This document shows, piece after piece, positions 21,342 to 32,400 of a stretch of DNA of 64,000 nucleotides. This stretch comes from an uncultured Clostridium sp. (GTDB taxonomy: Bacteria > Bacillota > Clostridia > TANB77 > CAG-508): contig CAZSMG010000002.1 in NCBI GenBank assembly GCA_964608075.1, positions 5,154 through 69,153 on the forward strand, written 5' to 3'. Below the pieces are notes generated by a model. It did not search any database. It was given only the letters and a program-made list of their open reading frames with translations, and had not been told where the DNA came from. Every line of letters begins with the position of its first letter. Within the stretch, counting starts at the first letter, position 1. The position numbers and the translations under genes were made by a program.

Positions 21342-22739
21342 ATGGAAGAAAAATTGTCAGATAAGCTTTTTAACAAAAAAGAAATAGGTTGGGATAAACT
21401 AAATGAAGAAGAAAAAGGAAATATATTTTCTTTTTGTGATGGATATATTGACTTCTTAAATAATGCGAAAACAGAAAGAGAAGCAATAGCTGTTGCAAAA
21501 AAAATAGCAGAAACAAATGGTTATAGGGATATTAATACTTTTGAAAGATTAGTTCCAGGTGATAAAGTATATTTTATAAATAGAGAAAAAAGTATGTATT
21601 TAGCAATTATAGGATCAGAAAAAATAGAAAGTGGATTGCATATAATTGGATCACATGTTGATTCGCCAAGATTAGATTTAAAACCAAATCCATTATATGA
21701 AGATGGAGGATTTGCATATTTTAAAACTCATTATTATGGCGGAATTAAAAAATACCAATGGACAACAATACCAATTAGTATACATGGTGTAATTGTGAAG
21801 CCAAATGGGGAAAGAATAACAATAAATATTGGAGAAGATGAAGAAGATCCAATATTTACGATAACAGATTTATTGCCACATTTAGCACAAGAACAAATGC
21901 AAAAGAAATTAAGTAATGCTATTGATGGAGAAGATTTGAATTTATTAATTGGAAGTATTCCATATGATAATAAAGATGAAAAAGAAAAGGTAAAACTAAA
22001 TATTCTAAAAATTTTAAATGAAAAATATGGAATAGTAGAAGCAGATCTTTTAAGCAGTGAAATAGAATTAGTCCCTGCTTTTAGAGCAAGAAGTTTAGGA
22101 TTTGATAAATCAATGGTTGCATCATATGGACAAGATGATAGAGTATGTGCATATACATCTTTAGCTGCTATGATGAGTTTACAAAGTGTAAAAAATACAG
22201 CTGTATGTATTTTGGCTGATAAAGAAGAAATAGGAAGTATGGGAAATACTGGTATGGAATCTCATATGTTTGATTATTTTGTATCAGAATTATTAAACAA
22301 AGCTGGAGAAAATAGACCTAATTTATTAGATAAAGTATTTTGCTATTCAAAAATGTTATCATCAGATGTTGATGCAGGATTTGATCCAATATATGCATCA
22401 GTTTCAGATAAAAACAATGCAGGATTTTTAGGAAGAGGTTTAGGACTTTGTAAATATACAGGAGCAAGAGGAAAGTCAGGAGCTTCTGATGCAAATGCTG
22501 AATATGTTGCATGGGTTAGAAATGTATTAGAAAAAAATGATATTAGATACCAAATATCAGAACTTGGAAAAGTTGATATTGGTGGCGGTGGTACAATCGC
22601 ATATATACTAGCTAATAAAGGTGTAGATGTAATAGATTGTGGAGTACCCGTACTTTCAATGCATGCACCATATGAGGTAACAAGCAAATATGATATATAT
22701 TCTGCATATAGAGCATATAAAGCTTTTTGGCAAGAATAG
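21342..22739 (+). CDS. M18-family aminopeptidase
   Basis: GSHVDSPRL motif and conserved acidic/His metal-ligand regions. 465 aa. Confidence 0.75.
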   Translation: MEEKLSDKLFNKKEIGWDKLNEEEKGNIFSFCDGYIDFLNNAKTEREAIAVAKKIAETNGYRDINTFERLVPGDKVYFINREKSMYLAIIGSEKIESGLHIIGSHVDSPRLDLKPNPLYEDGGFAYFKTHYYGGIKKYQWTTIPISIHGVIVKPNGERITINIGEDEEDPIFTITDLLPHLAQEQMQKKLSNAIDGEDLNLLIGSIPYDNKDEKEKVKLNILKILNEKYGIVEADLLSSEIELVPAFRARSLGFDKSMVASYGQDDRVCAYTSLAAMMSLQSVKNTAVCILADKEEIGSMGNTGMESHMFDYFVSELLNKAGENRPNLLDKVFCYSKMLSSDVDAGFDPIYASVSDKNNAGFLGRGLGLCKYTGARGKSGASDANAEYVAWVRNVLEKNDIRYQISELGKVDIGGGGTIAYILANKGVDVIDCGVPVLSMHAPYEVTSKYDIYSAYRAYKAFWQE

Positions 22740-23019
22740 AATAATAGATTTCTTAAGTGTTGTTAAAATGTTAAAAGATATAACATTTTGATGGCACTTT
22801 ATTAGTAATTTAATTATTTTCTTCTTTTAAATTTTCTAGAGCAGCTTTTACAGCTTCTACTACAAAAGCAGTAAGAGTACAAAAATTTGTCCAAATTGCG
22901 GAAAATAAAAAAGAAACTTTTCTAATAGCAATATATATTATTAATGTTCAAATTTCAATGAAAACATAGAAATATTATAGATTTTATGATATGATATAAA
23001 AAATTAAGGAGGAATATAA

Positions 23020-24162
23020 ATGGAAGAAGTTTTTGATATATATAATCGCGAGGGAGAATATTTAGGACGAAAAGAAAAATCAATATGTCATAGTCAAAAT
23101 CCTGGATTTTATCATAAGCCAGTTTGGATTTGGATTATTAATAGTAACAATGAAATTTTAGTTCAAAAAAGGTCAAAAAGTAAAAAAAATTTTCCGGATC
23201 TTTGGGATATGCCTAGTGCAGGTCATGTTGTTGCAGGAGAAACTTCTATTGAAGGAGCTATAAGAGAAACATATGAAGAACTTGGAATTAAAACTAAAAA
23301 AGAAGATTATATTTTTGTAAAAGAATATATATATGACCAATTCTTTGAAATTGCACAGGTATATTTACTAAAATTAGATATAAAGATTTCAGATTTTAAG
23401 CTACAATCTGAAGAAGTTGAACAAGTAAAGTGGTTAACATTAGATGAATTTCAAAAATTGTTTTATTCTAAAGAATTTGTTCCTTTTAATAATGATTATA
23501 GATTAATGGTTATTAATCTTTTTAGAAAAGAATTTAAAAAATATAATATGATTTTAACCTCAAGTGGCTATAATGATGTTAATAATTACGTATCTGAAGA
23601 TATGATAAAGTTGTTTAAGAGTATTTCAAGAAATAAAAAAATAATGATAATTTCAAATGCTGCTCCTGAAGGTACAGGAAATTATATTGCAAGAGAAAAT
23701 GTTAAAAGTAATTTTTTGAATATTGGTGCAAGTAAAGTTGATATAGTAGATATTAATGAAGCAAATATACATTCTATACTTGACTATGACATTATTTATT
23801 GTTTGGGGGGTAATCCAACATATCTTATTGAACTGAATGATAAATTACCTTTAAAGAAATATCTAATTGAATTTTTGAAACAAGGTATTTATATCGGTGA
23901 ATCAGCAGGAAGCATAATTTTATGTGATGATTTAAAATGGGTTTATAAAATAAAAAAAGGGACTAAACCAAAGTATGATATTGAACTTGATACATATGAA
24001 GGATTAAACTTAACTAATAATAAAGTTTTACCTCACTATAATAAACTTACAGAAATAGTTAAACAAAAATTAATTACTTATGAAAATGAAAATAACACTA
24101 AAATTACAAGGCTAGAAGATGGAGAATATATTTTAGAATATTATGAAAAAATGCCCCTATAA
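23020..24162 (+). CDS. NUDIX hydrolase fused to a peptidase S51 (dipeptidase E-like) domain
   Basis: N-terminal Nudix box GHVVAGETSIEGAIRETYEELGI. C-terminal S51-like region (ILTSSGYN...GGNPTYL...GESAGSII). Confidence 0.65.
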   Translation: MEEVFDIYNREGEYLGRKEKSICHSQNPGFYHKPVWIWIINSNNEILVQKRSKSKKNFPDLWDMPSAGHVVAGETSIEGAIRETYEELGIKTKKEDYIFVKEYIYDQFFEIAQVYLLKLDIKISDFKLQSEEVEQVKWLTLDEFQKLFYSKEFVPFNNDYRLMVINLFRKEFKKYNMILTSSGYNDVNNYVSEDMIKLFKSISRNKKIMIISNAAPEGTGNYIARENVKSNFLNIGASKVDIVDINEANIHSILDYDIIYCLGGNPTYLIELNDKLPLKKYLIEFLKQGIYIGESAGSIILCDDLKWVYKIKKGTKPKYDIELDTYEGLNLTNNKVLPHYNKLTEIVKQKLITYENENNTKITRLEDGEYILEYYEKMPL

Positions 24163-24286
24163 AAGGAGCATTTTTTGTAACAGGAACTTTCATTCAGGGA
24201 AATCATCATCAAGACCTTCTGCCCAATATTCAAATTCCATTCGATCATTAAAGTTTTTCATCCGATGATATGTAACTAAACCATAA

Positions 24287-24469
24287 ATGATAGCTACTAT
24301 TCCAACTAAACTTGGAATTAAAAGCGGTATGCAACCAAAGGCATTGCAAAAAATATTAGGGCATAAAAAGATACAAACAACACTTGGTACATATACATCA
24401 GTTTTTGAAGAATTTAGTCAAAATGAACTTGAAAAGGTAACACAATATTTTGAAGCACAAGGATTATAA
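24287..24469 (+). pseudogene. Tyrosine recombinase (integrase) C-terminal remnant
   Basis: The 60-aa ORF carries the recombinase box II (ILGHKKIQTTLGTYTSV, catalytic Tyr context). It begins directly after a stop codon. No intact N-terminal catalytic region was found in any frame upstream. Confidence 0.65.
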
Positions 24470-24547
24470 AGAAGTCTGTTGCAGTAAAAAACACAAAATA
24501 AAAGTCTACTATCTAGCATTTAAGCTACTTGTAGACTTCTTATTGTA

Positions 24548-24624
<77 letters not shown>

Positions 24625-24729
24625 AAGTTCCTAACACAACAAATATAATAACATAAAAATAAGTCAAAGTCAATAATTGCCAAAAAAAATTTTTTGTAGT
24701 AAAATCATATAATAACATAGGAGGATAAA

Positions 24730-25428
24730 ATGGAAGAAAGAAATGAACTAAAGATATACAATCTAATATGGTATTTTATAATATTTAGCATATTAGGAAT
24801 GATAGTAGAGACGCTTTATTGTTATATTACAACAGGTGTTATAGAAAGTAGACAAGGTTTAATATGGGGACCATTTTGCCCGGTATATGGAGTAGGAGCA
24901 ATTATATTAGTTGCTGGATTAGACAAATTTAATGAAAACTGGATAACACTTTTTATAGCAGGGTTTGTTCTAGGAAGTGTAGCAGAATATTTATTAAGTT
25001 TTGGTTTAGAAGCGGTATATGGAATTAGATTTTGGGATTATTCATATATTGCAGAAAATATAAATGGAAGAATATGCTTGCCATATTCGATATTTTGGGG
25101 AGTTCTTTCAATATTTTTAATGAGACTTGGAAAACCTTTAATAGATAAATTAATAAATATAATACCAAGAAAAATTGGTAAAAATATTCAAATATTAATA
25201 ATAACATTTTTAGTTGTTGATTGTTTTGCTACAATATGGGCAATTGAGAAATGTAAAACTGATGTATTAAAACCAGTAGATAGAATCATGCAAGAAAAGA
25301 ATTATTTTGAGCAAACAAAAACAAATGTAGAAGAAATGTTATTTCCTACAGAAAGAGTATTAAAAATATTTCCAAATTTAAGAATAATACAAGATGGAAG
25401 AGAAGTATTTATAAGAGATATAATATAA
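24730..25428 (+). CDS. Polytopic membrane protein, CmpB/DUF1113-like (tentative)
   Basis: Conserved WGPFCPVYGVGA segment and multiple TM helices. GGAGG RBS. Confidence 0.5.
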   Translation: MEERNELKIYNLIWYFIIFSILGMIVETLYCYITTGVIESRQGLIWGPFCPVYGVGAIILVAGLDKFNENWITLFIAGFVLGSVAEYLLSFGLEAVYGIRFWDYSYIAENINGRICLPYSIFWGVLSIFLMRLGKPLIDKLINIIPRKIGKNIQILIITFLVVDCFATIWAIEKCKTDVLKPVDRIMQEKNYFEQTKTNVEEMLFPTERVLKIFPNLRIIQDGREVFIRDII

Positions 25429-26088
25429 AAGAGTATAGATTTTTCTATACTCTTTTAAAATATTAAATTTGCATTTGATAAAAATAACATTATTAATCCG
25501 AATAAATCCAAAACAAATAAAAATACAATTAGATATAAATTCAATTAATCCTGTAGGAAGCTTATTTCCGAGCAATTTACCAAAAAATATTGCAATTGCA
25601 TCACTTATAACCATACCTAAAATTGCACCTAAAATTAGTGAAATCTTATAATTTGGATATTGAAGTCCAAGTCCTAAGGATGCTAAAAAAGTTTTATCTC
25701 CTATTTCTCCGACCATTATAGTAAATGCAACAATAAAGACATAATTTAAAGAAATAAGTTTAATTTTATCAAGAAATTTAGATTTTTTATTATTATCTGA
25801 TATAGAATCTTTTTTTGGTAAAAACCCAATTATACCAAATAATAAAAATGTTATATATGTAATTACTTTAAAAATAAAATGCAAAGAATTGTTTTCTAAA
25901 CTTCCAAGCTTACTACCAAATAAAATTGCAATTCCATGGCTAAAAAATGTACCTAAAGCAATTCCTAATAATATATTTTTTGTTTTGCTTTTTGAAGAAA
26001 AAGAAATTACGAGTAATTGAGTTTTATCTCCAAGCTCTGAAAAAAATATAAAAGCAAATGCTATAAAAAATGGATAAATATATTCCAT
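25378..26088 (-). CDS. UPF0016 (Gdt1/TMEM165/MneA-like) cation transporter
   Basis: Two E-x-G-D-K-T/S motifs (ELGDKTQ and EIGDKTF), one in each half-repeat. The start is set at MEYIYPFF, which has a GGAGG RBS. The track ORF starts at 26151. Confidence 0.8.
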   Translation of the reverse strand: MEYIYPFFIAFAFIFFSELGDKTQLLVISFSSKSKTKNILLGIALGTFFSHGIAILFGSKLGSLENNSLHFIFKVITYITFLLFGIIGFLPKKDSISDNNKKSKFLDKIKLISLNYVFIVAFTIMVGEIGDKTFLASLGLGLQYPNYKISLILGAILGMVISDAIAIFFGKLLGNKLPTGLIEFISNCIFICFGFIRINNVIFIKCKFNILKEYRKIYTLLYYISYKYFSSILYYS

Positions 26089-26267
26089 ATATCCTCCTTG
26101 TATAAATTTAAACTTAATAAATAGATATTCAAAACAAGAAATAATATACATACTACGGAAATCAAAGTTTAAAAATGAATTTGTGTGAAAAGTTTGTGAA
26201 AGTTATTTACAACCAAATACATAAATGATAATATCTACAAAGAAAATTTATTAAGGAGGAAACTTTT

Positions 26268-27209
26268 GTGATTAAAGTAAAAAACATTACGAAAAAATAT
26301 GGAAGTTTTACAGCTGTAGATAACATTAATTTTGAAATTAAAGAAGGAGAGATTGTTGGCTTGCTTGGAGCAAATGGTGCTGGAAAAACTACGACAATGA
26401 ATATGATAACAGGTTTTATTGAACAAACAGATGGAAATATATTAATAGACGATATAGATACATTAAAAAAACCTAAAAAGGCAAAAGGTAAAATTGGGTA
26501 TATGCCAGAGGGTGTACCACTTTATACAGATTTAACAGTTAAAGAATTTGTTTCATATATGGCAGAAATAAAAAAGGTAAATAAAAAAATAAGAAAAGAT
26601 AAAGTGTCTGAAGTTTTAAAAGAAACTGGGTTAATGGATGTTCAAAATAAATTAATAAAAAACTTATCAAGAGGGTATAAACAAAGAGTAAGCTTAGCAG
26701 GAACATTAGTTAGTGATCCAGAAGTACTAATTTTAGATGAGCCAACTGTTGGATTAGACCCAAAACAAATAACAGAAATAAGAAGTTTAATAAAAAGGTT
26801 AGGAAAAAATCATACAGTAATTTTAAGCTCACATATATTATCTGAAGTTAGCCAAATATGTGACAAAGTAATAATTATAAATAAAGGAAAGATTGTCGCT
26901 ATAGATACACCAAAGAACCTAGAAGAAAAGGTTTCTAATGATAATATAGTATATGTAACAATCGAAGATACAGAAAATAAGATAGAATCAATTAAAGAAA
27001 AGATAGAATCAATTAAAGATATAAAATTTGTAGAGGAAAATGATGATAAAACTAAAAAATATATGATAACAGGTAAAAAAGGTTTAGACCTAAGGAAAAA
27101 TATATTTGAAGTATTTGCAAAAGAAAATATAACAATACTAGAAATGAAAAAGGTAGATACGACATTAGAAGATGCATTTATGAAATTAATTGAAGGAGGA
27201 GAAGAATAA
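26268..27209 (+). CDS. ABC transporter ATP-binding protein
   Basis: Walker A GANGAGKTT, signature LSRGYKQR, Walker B ILDEPTVGLD. GTG start with an AAGGAGG RBS. Confidence 0.9.
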   Translation: MIKVKNITKKYGSFTAVDNINFEIKEGEIVGLLGANGAGKTTTMNMITGFIEQTDGNILIDDIDTLKKPKKAKGKIGYMPEGVPLYTDLTVKEFVSYMAEIKKVNKKIRKDKVSEVLKETGLMDVQNKLIKNLSRGYKQRVSLAGTLVSDPEVLILDEPTVGLDPKQITEIRSLIKRLGKNHTVILSSHILSEVSQICDKVIIINKGKIVAIDTPKNLEEKVSNDNIVYVTIEDTENKIESIKEKIESIKDIKFVEENDDKTKKYMITGKKGLDLRKNIFEVFAKENITILEMKKVDTTLEDAFMKLIEGGEE

Positions 27210-27886
27210 TGTTAGCAGTTATAAAAAAAGAATTAAAAGGTTATTTCTTATCACCAATTGGATATATATTTATAGGTCTTTTCCTAATAATGATGAGTTT
27301 AATATTTGCATCAGAAATATTAAATTATTATCAATTATTTGAGTATATATTTTTCTCTGGAGCTACAATTTTAACATTTGTAATTCCAGTAATAACAATG
27401 AGAACATTTTCAGAAGAGAGAAAAAATGGAACAGAACAATTATTAATTACATCACCACTTAGTATAAGTAAAATTGTAATAGCAAAATTTATAGCAGCAA
27501 CAATAGTTGTAATAATAACTTTAATATGTACTTTATTGTATTTTGCAGTACTTGCATATTATGCAATGCCAAATATTCCTATTGCATTATGCACTTTAGG
27601 AGGATTTTTGTTGCTTGCAATGTCATATATATCATTTGGTATATTTGCATCTAGTATAACAGAAAATCAAATTGTGGCATTTGTAATTACAGTAGGATTT
27701 TTTATAGCATCATGGTTTTTACCACAAGTTAGTTCAATATTTGATAATTTTTCTTTGATTAATATATTTTCAGGATTTCCTTATGGACAAATAAATATAG
27801 CTGACACTATTACACTAGTTTCATTTATAGTTTTATGTTTGATATTAACCATAATAGTGTTACAAAGAAGAAAAAGTGTACAATAA
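27209..27886 (+). CDS. ABC-2 type transporter permease
   Basis: Six hydrophobic TM segments. Translationally coupled to the ATPase gene. Confidence 0.8.
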   Translation: MLAVIKKELKGYFLSPIGYIFIGLFLIMMSLIFASEILNYYQLFEYIFFSGATILTFVIPVITMRTFSEERKNGTEQLLITSPLSISKIVIAKFIAATIVVIITLICTLLYFAVLAYYAMPNIPIALCTLGGFLLLAMSYISFGIFASSITENQIVAFVITVGFFIASWFLPQVSSIFDNFSLINIFSGFPYGQINIADTITLVSFIVLCLILTIIVLQRRKSVQ

Positions 27887-27903
27887 TTTGAAAGGAGAAA
27901 ATT

Positions 27904-29394
27904 ATGAAAAATATATTTAAAAAGATTTCAAATGGATTTAAAAAAGTGATATCAGTAATAAAGAAAAAGTGGCTTGCAAAAATGACAACAACAATTATAT
28001 TAATGGCGATATTTATAGCATTATTTATTTTATTAAACTCAGTAATGCATTCACTAAACTTAAATCCTATAGATATAACGTCAGAAGGAATAAATTCTAT
28101 TACTGATGAAACAAAAACAAAATTATCAAATATAGATAAACCTATAAATATTTTAATGATGAATTTTTCGGAAGATAGCAAAATATATAAAATTGTAAAA
28201 CAATACGAAAATGTAAATAAAAATATAAAAACTGAATTAGTAGATTTATCAGCAAGAACTGATTTAGCTCAAAACTATAGTGTAGGCACTCAAGATGGAC
28301 CAACAATAGTAATTATATGTGGTGATAAAAACAAAAAAATATCAAGCTATGAATTAGCCACATATGATTATACAACTGGAGAAGAAATTGATTTGACGGA
28401 AGAAAGAGTTACTGCAACAATTTTAGGACTAATTGCAGAAAAACTTTCTAATGTGTATGTTATAGATAATTATGCAGATGAATATTTTAGATTAGATACA
28501 TATATGAATTTGCTAAATAGTTATATAACTAAAGAAGCTATGAATGTAAATAAACTTGACATATTAGTTTCAGGAAAAGTTCCAGATGATTGTGATTTAC
28601 TATTAATAGTATCTCCACTAAAGGATTTTGAAGCACAAACAACAGATGAAATAATAAAATATATAAACAAAGGAGGAAACATTTTATGGCTACAAGGTGC
28701 ATATGGTAAAGATTTAAGTATGCCAAATGTACAAAAAGTGTTAGATTTATATGGAATTAATGCATTTACAACAGGATGTGTATTAGAAACAAATGCAAAT
28801 AATAGGTTATCTGAAGATCCTAGGGCGCTAGTAATAAACGTTTCACCAAATGATATAATAGGAACAGAAAATTTAAAAGTAGCATTTTTTGTATCGACAA
28901 GAATTAGTACAAAAAATGATGAGGATTTACAAAATTTAAAAGTAACAAAGACAAATCTTGTAACTACAGAATCAACAGCATTATTTAGAAAAGATTTTAC
29001 ATCTACATCTATAAGTAAAATAGATTCAGATGAAGAAGGTCCACTTACATTAGGAGCTATGTTTGAAAAAGAGATTAGTGGCAAAGAAGAAAATAAAATA
29101 AATTCAAAATTAGTAATGTATTCAAATGAATGTTTTGCATCAAGCATACCATATTCACAAAACTATCAAGATGGGTGGATTGATTTAGGTAATAATAAAG
29201 ATTTGGTTTTAAATACATCTTTATATTTAACAAATAGTGAAATAGATATAAATATAAGAAAAAATACCAATATTAAACATTTTACAATGACAGATACACA
29301 ATACAGAGTAATACTTGCAATAATATTTATTGTACCAGTTTTAATTATTATACTTGGAATTGTTATATGGCAAATAAGAAGAAGAAAAAAATAG
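27904..29394 (+). CDS. GldG-like ABC transporter auxiliary component
   Basis: N- and C-terminal TM anchors flank a large extracytoplasmic domain. Third gene of the ABC operon. Confidence 0.6.
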   Translation: MKNIFKKISNGFKKVISVIKKKWLAKMTTTIILMAIFIALFILLNSVMHSLNLNPIDITSEGINSITDETKTKLSNIDKPINILMMNFSEDSKIYKIVKQYENVNKNIKTELVDLSARTDLAQNYSVGTQDGPTIVIICGDKNKKISSYELATYDYTTGEEIDLTEERVTATILGLIAEKLSNVYVIDNYADEYFRLDTYMNLLNSYITKEAMNVNKLDILVSGKVPDDCDLLLIVSPLKDFEAQTTDEIIKYINKGGNILWLQGAYGKDLSMPNVQKVLDLYGINAFTTGCVLETNANNRLSEDPRALVINVSPNDIIGTENLKVAFFVSTRISTKNDEDLQNLKVTKTNLVTTESTALFRKDFTSTSISKIDSDEEGPLTLGAMFEKEISGKEENKINSKLVMYSNECFASSIPYSQNYQDGWIDLGNNKDLVLNTSLYLTNSEIDINIRKNTNIKHFTMTDTQYRVILAIIFIVPVLIIILGIVIWQIRRRKK

Positions 29395-29442
29395 AATAAA
29401 TTTTAAAAGTCTCTCATAAAATATTATGGGAGATTTTTTAAT

Positions 29443-30480
29443 ATGAATAATGTAATAAAAGTTGTTTTTGTAATAATAGGAACAATTATAGGAGCAGGAT
29501 TTGCTTCAGGACAAGAATTATATACATTTTTTTATTCATATGGATTAAATGGAATATTAGGATTATTTTTATGTAACATACTAATTAGCATAATAATATA
29601 TAAAGTTTTAATAATAATATATAAAAATCAAAAAATAGAAAATTATAAAGAATTTTTAGATGAGATAACAGGACTCTACCCTACAAGAAAATATTTAAAT
29701 ATTAATTTTATAATAAATTCAATAATTAATATATTTTTAATTATTAGTTTTTATATAATGATTGCAGGATTTGGAGCATACTTTTTTCAAGAGTTAGGAA
29801 TAAGTAGCTTAATTGGATGTGCCATTATAAGTATCATATCATTTATTGTATTTATGACAAATGAAAAAGGAGTAGTTAAAGTAAATGAAATATTAACACC
29901 AATTCTCATAGTATTTATAATATTTATAGGAATATTAAATTTTATCAAATTAGATTTAGCAAATATTACTAGAAATATTACAATAACTAATGAAGGTAGC
30001 TGGATATTAAGTAGTATTTTGTATTGTAGTTATAATTCAATACTACTTATTCCAGTTTTAATAACATTAAAAAAGTACATATTAAACAAAAAAAATATTG
30101 TATTAATCTCAAGTATATCAGGAATTATAATTTTTTTAATTGCTTTATCAATATTTTTTATACTATCTAAGATAGATAATAATGTATTAGAATTAGAAAT
30201 GCCAGCAGTATATGTAATAGGAAAGTTTTTTGGAGGTTTTAAAAAAATATATGGAATTATAATATTATTTTCTATATTTACAACTACTATATCAATAGGA
30301 ATAAGCTTTCTAAATAATGTAGCAAAAACAAAAAAAAGTTATATACATATTGCAATTTATATGTGCATAAGTAGTTTGCTAATTTCAAAAATGGGATTTT
30401 CTAAATTGGTTACATTGCTTTACCCCATATTTGGTTATTTGGGATTAATTCAGATTTTTAAAATATTAATAAAAAAGTAA
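29443..30480 (+). CDS. Polytopic membrane protein, YkvI/spore-germination-permease-like (tentative)
   Basis: IIGAGFASGQE N-terminal motif. About 10 TM segments. Confidence 0.45.
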   Translation: MNNVIKVVFVIIGTIIGAGFASGQELYTFFYSYGLNGILGLFLCNILISIIIYKVLIIIYKNQKIENYKEFLDEITGLYPTRKYLNINFIINSIINIFLIISFYIMIAGFGAYFFQELGISSLIGCAIISIISFIVFMTNEKGVVKVNEILTPILIVFIIFIGILNFIKLDLANITRNITITNEGSWILSSILYCSYNSILLIPVLITLKKYILNKKNIVLISSISGIIIFLIALSIFFILSKIDNNVLELEMPAVYVIGKFFGGFKKIYGIIILFSIFTTTISIGISFLNNVAKTKKSYIHIAIYMCISSLLISKMGFSKLVTLLYPIFGYLGLIQIFKILIKK

Positions 30481-30547
30481 TACTATATATTGAAAAAAAA
30501 CAAGAAAACTGATATAAGTATAATAATCATAAAATTAGGAGAAATAT

Positions 30548-31738
30548 ATGAAGGATTATTGGAAGGAAACTATAAAACCTGTAAGAAAACTTAATAAAAA
30601 GAAGATATCAGTTATTATTTATGCGTTTTTGATAATTATTTCTTTAATTATATTAATTTCTTTATATGTATCAAGCCAGGGATTTAGAAATTGGATTGAC
30701 AAAAATATTTTAAGAAAAGAAATAACGCAAAATAATGTTACAATAATAGACTTGGATGCAAAAGATAATTATGACATATATGCATATGATAAATATATTA
30801 CTATACTAAATAGAAATATACTAAGTATATATAATGAAAGTGGAAAAGAAGAGAAAAAATTAGATATTGATATAAATAATGCTATATTTGAAGCAAATAA
30901 TAAATTTTTAGCCATAGCAGAAGAAAAGGGAAAGAAAATATATCTACTATCAGGTACAAGTGTTTTATGGACAAGTCAAGTAGAAGGAGATATTTCACAA
31001 ATATATATTAATAAAAATGGATATATGGCAGTAGTAATTACAAATACTAGTTATAAAGCAGTAATAAATATATATGCTCCAAATGGAGATGGAAAACCAT
31101 TATTTAGTACATTTGTATCAAGTACTAGAGTAGGGGATGTAAGTATTTCTAATGACAATAAGTATTTAGCAATAGCAGAAATAGATAGTTCAGGAACATA
31201 TATACAATCAAATGTAAAAATTTTCTCTATAGAAAAGGCAATAAAAAATGAAAAGGATTATATTTTATATATACATAAGGCAGATGCAAATCAACTATTA
31301 GTTAAATTACAATATCAAGATAAAAATAATTTAGTATGTATGTATAATGATAAAATAGAAATTATAAATGGAGAAGATAGAAAAACATTATTAGATATGC
31401 AAAACAAAAAGATAACATTTATGTCTGTAAAATTATCAAATAATATTGTAGCAGTAGAAGAAAAATCATCTGGACTATTTTCAGCAGACTCAATTGTAAA
31501 CATTATTAGCACATCAAATAAAAGTGAGAGCATTTACAAATCATCTGAGGTTGCAAAAGAAATCATTACACATGGTAAGATAATTGCTCTAAACTTTGGA
31601 ACTCAAATACATTTTATTAATACAAATGGATGGTTAGTTAAGAAATATATTGGAGGCCAAGAAATTACAAATGTTGTATTATCTAATAATATAGCTGGAA
31701 TAATTTATAGAGATAAAATAGAAATAATTAATTTATAG
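30548..31738 (+). CDS. Hypothetical membrane-anchored protein (396 aa), beta-rich repeat architecture
   Basis: Single N-terminal TM helix. AGGAGA RBS. Confidence 0.5.
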   Translation: MKDYWKETIKPVRKLNKKKISVIIYAFLIIISLIILISLYVSSQGFRNWIDKNILRKEITQNNVTIIDLDAKDNYDIYAYDKYITILNRNILSIYNESGKEEKKLDIDINNAIFEANNKFLAIAEEKGKKIYLLSGTSVLWTSQVEGDISQIYINKNGYMAVVITNTSYKAVINIYAPNGDGKPLFSTFVSSTRVGDVSISNDNKYLAIAEIDSSGTYIQSNVKIFSIEKAIKNEKDYILYIHKADANQLLVKLQYQDKNNLVCMYNDKIEIINGEDRKTLLDMQNKKITFMSVKLSNNIVAVEEKSSGLFSADSIVNIISTSNKSESIYKSSEVAKEIITHGKIIALNFGTQIHFINTNGWLVKKYIGGQEITNVVLSNNIAGIIYRDKIEIINL

Positions 31739-31747
31739 GAGGAAAAA

Positions 31748-32371
31748 ATGGGAATAATTATAGATATAGTAGTTTTAGCAATACTTGTACTTACAATATT
31801 TTTAGGATATAAAAGAGGATTAGTAAAAGTAGTATTTAAAATGTTTGCTTTTTTAGTTGCATTAATTGTAACATTAGTTTTATATAAACCAGTAACAAAC
31901 TTAGTTATAAATAATACTACGTTAGATGAAACAATATCAAATATAATAATTGAAAATGGAACAATAGAAAAGACTAAAGATGAAAAATCTAATACAGTTG
32001 ATAAATATATAGAGAATGCAAAAAACGATATTCAAAATAGTGTTGTAACTTCAGTTGCTGATACTGTTGCAGTAAATCTTGTTAGTATAATTGTTATTAT
32101 AGCTTTATTTATAGTTACTAGATTATTATTAATACTTGTAAGTTTTTTTGCAGATTCTTTAGCAGAATTGCCAATAATAAAACAATTTAATAAAGCTGGT
32201 GGAATTATTTATGGTGTTTTACAGGGTATTGTAATTATACTTGCAATACTTACAATTATATATTTTATATCAACTACTGTAAAAGACTTTGCTGTAGCTA
32301 AGTTAATAAATGAGTCTATAATAACAAAGATAGTTTATTATAATAATCCAATTTTAAATATTATTTTTTAA
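31748..32371 (+). CDS. CvpA-family membrane protein
   Basis: N-terminus MGIIIDIVVLAILVL...GYKRGL is typical of CvpA. Four TM helices. Confidence 0.6.
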   Translation: MGIIIDIVVLAILVLTIFLGYKRGLVKVVFKMFAFLVALIVTLVLYKPVTNLVINNTTLDETISNIIIENGTIEKTKDEKSNTVDKYIENAKNDIQNSVVTSVADTVAVNLVSIIVIIALFIVTRLLLILVSFFADSLAELPIIKQFNKAGGIIYGVLQGIVIILAILTIIYFISTTVKDFAVAKLINESIITKIVYYNNPILNIIF

Positions 32372-32400
32372 TAATTTAAATTAAATAGAGGTGGAATAAT

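Noticed and set aside
22790-22905. Possible small minus-strand gene ending ...AFVVEAVKAALENLKEENN
   Set aside because: The frame has no ATG, GTG or TTG start before an upstream stop, and no RBS. It is probably non-coding.
28521-29147. 208-aa minus-strand ORF inside the GldG-like gene
   Set aside because: It is antisense to a gene with clear operon context. It has no motif and no RBS.
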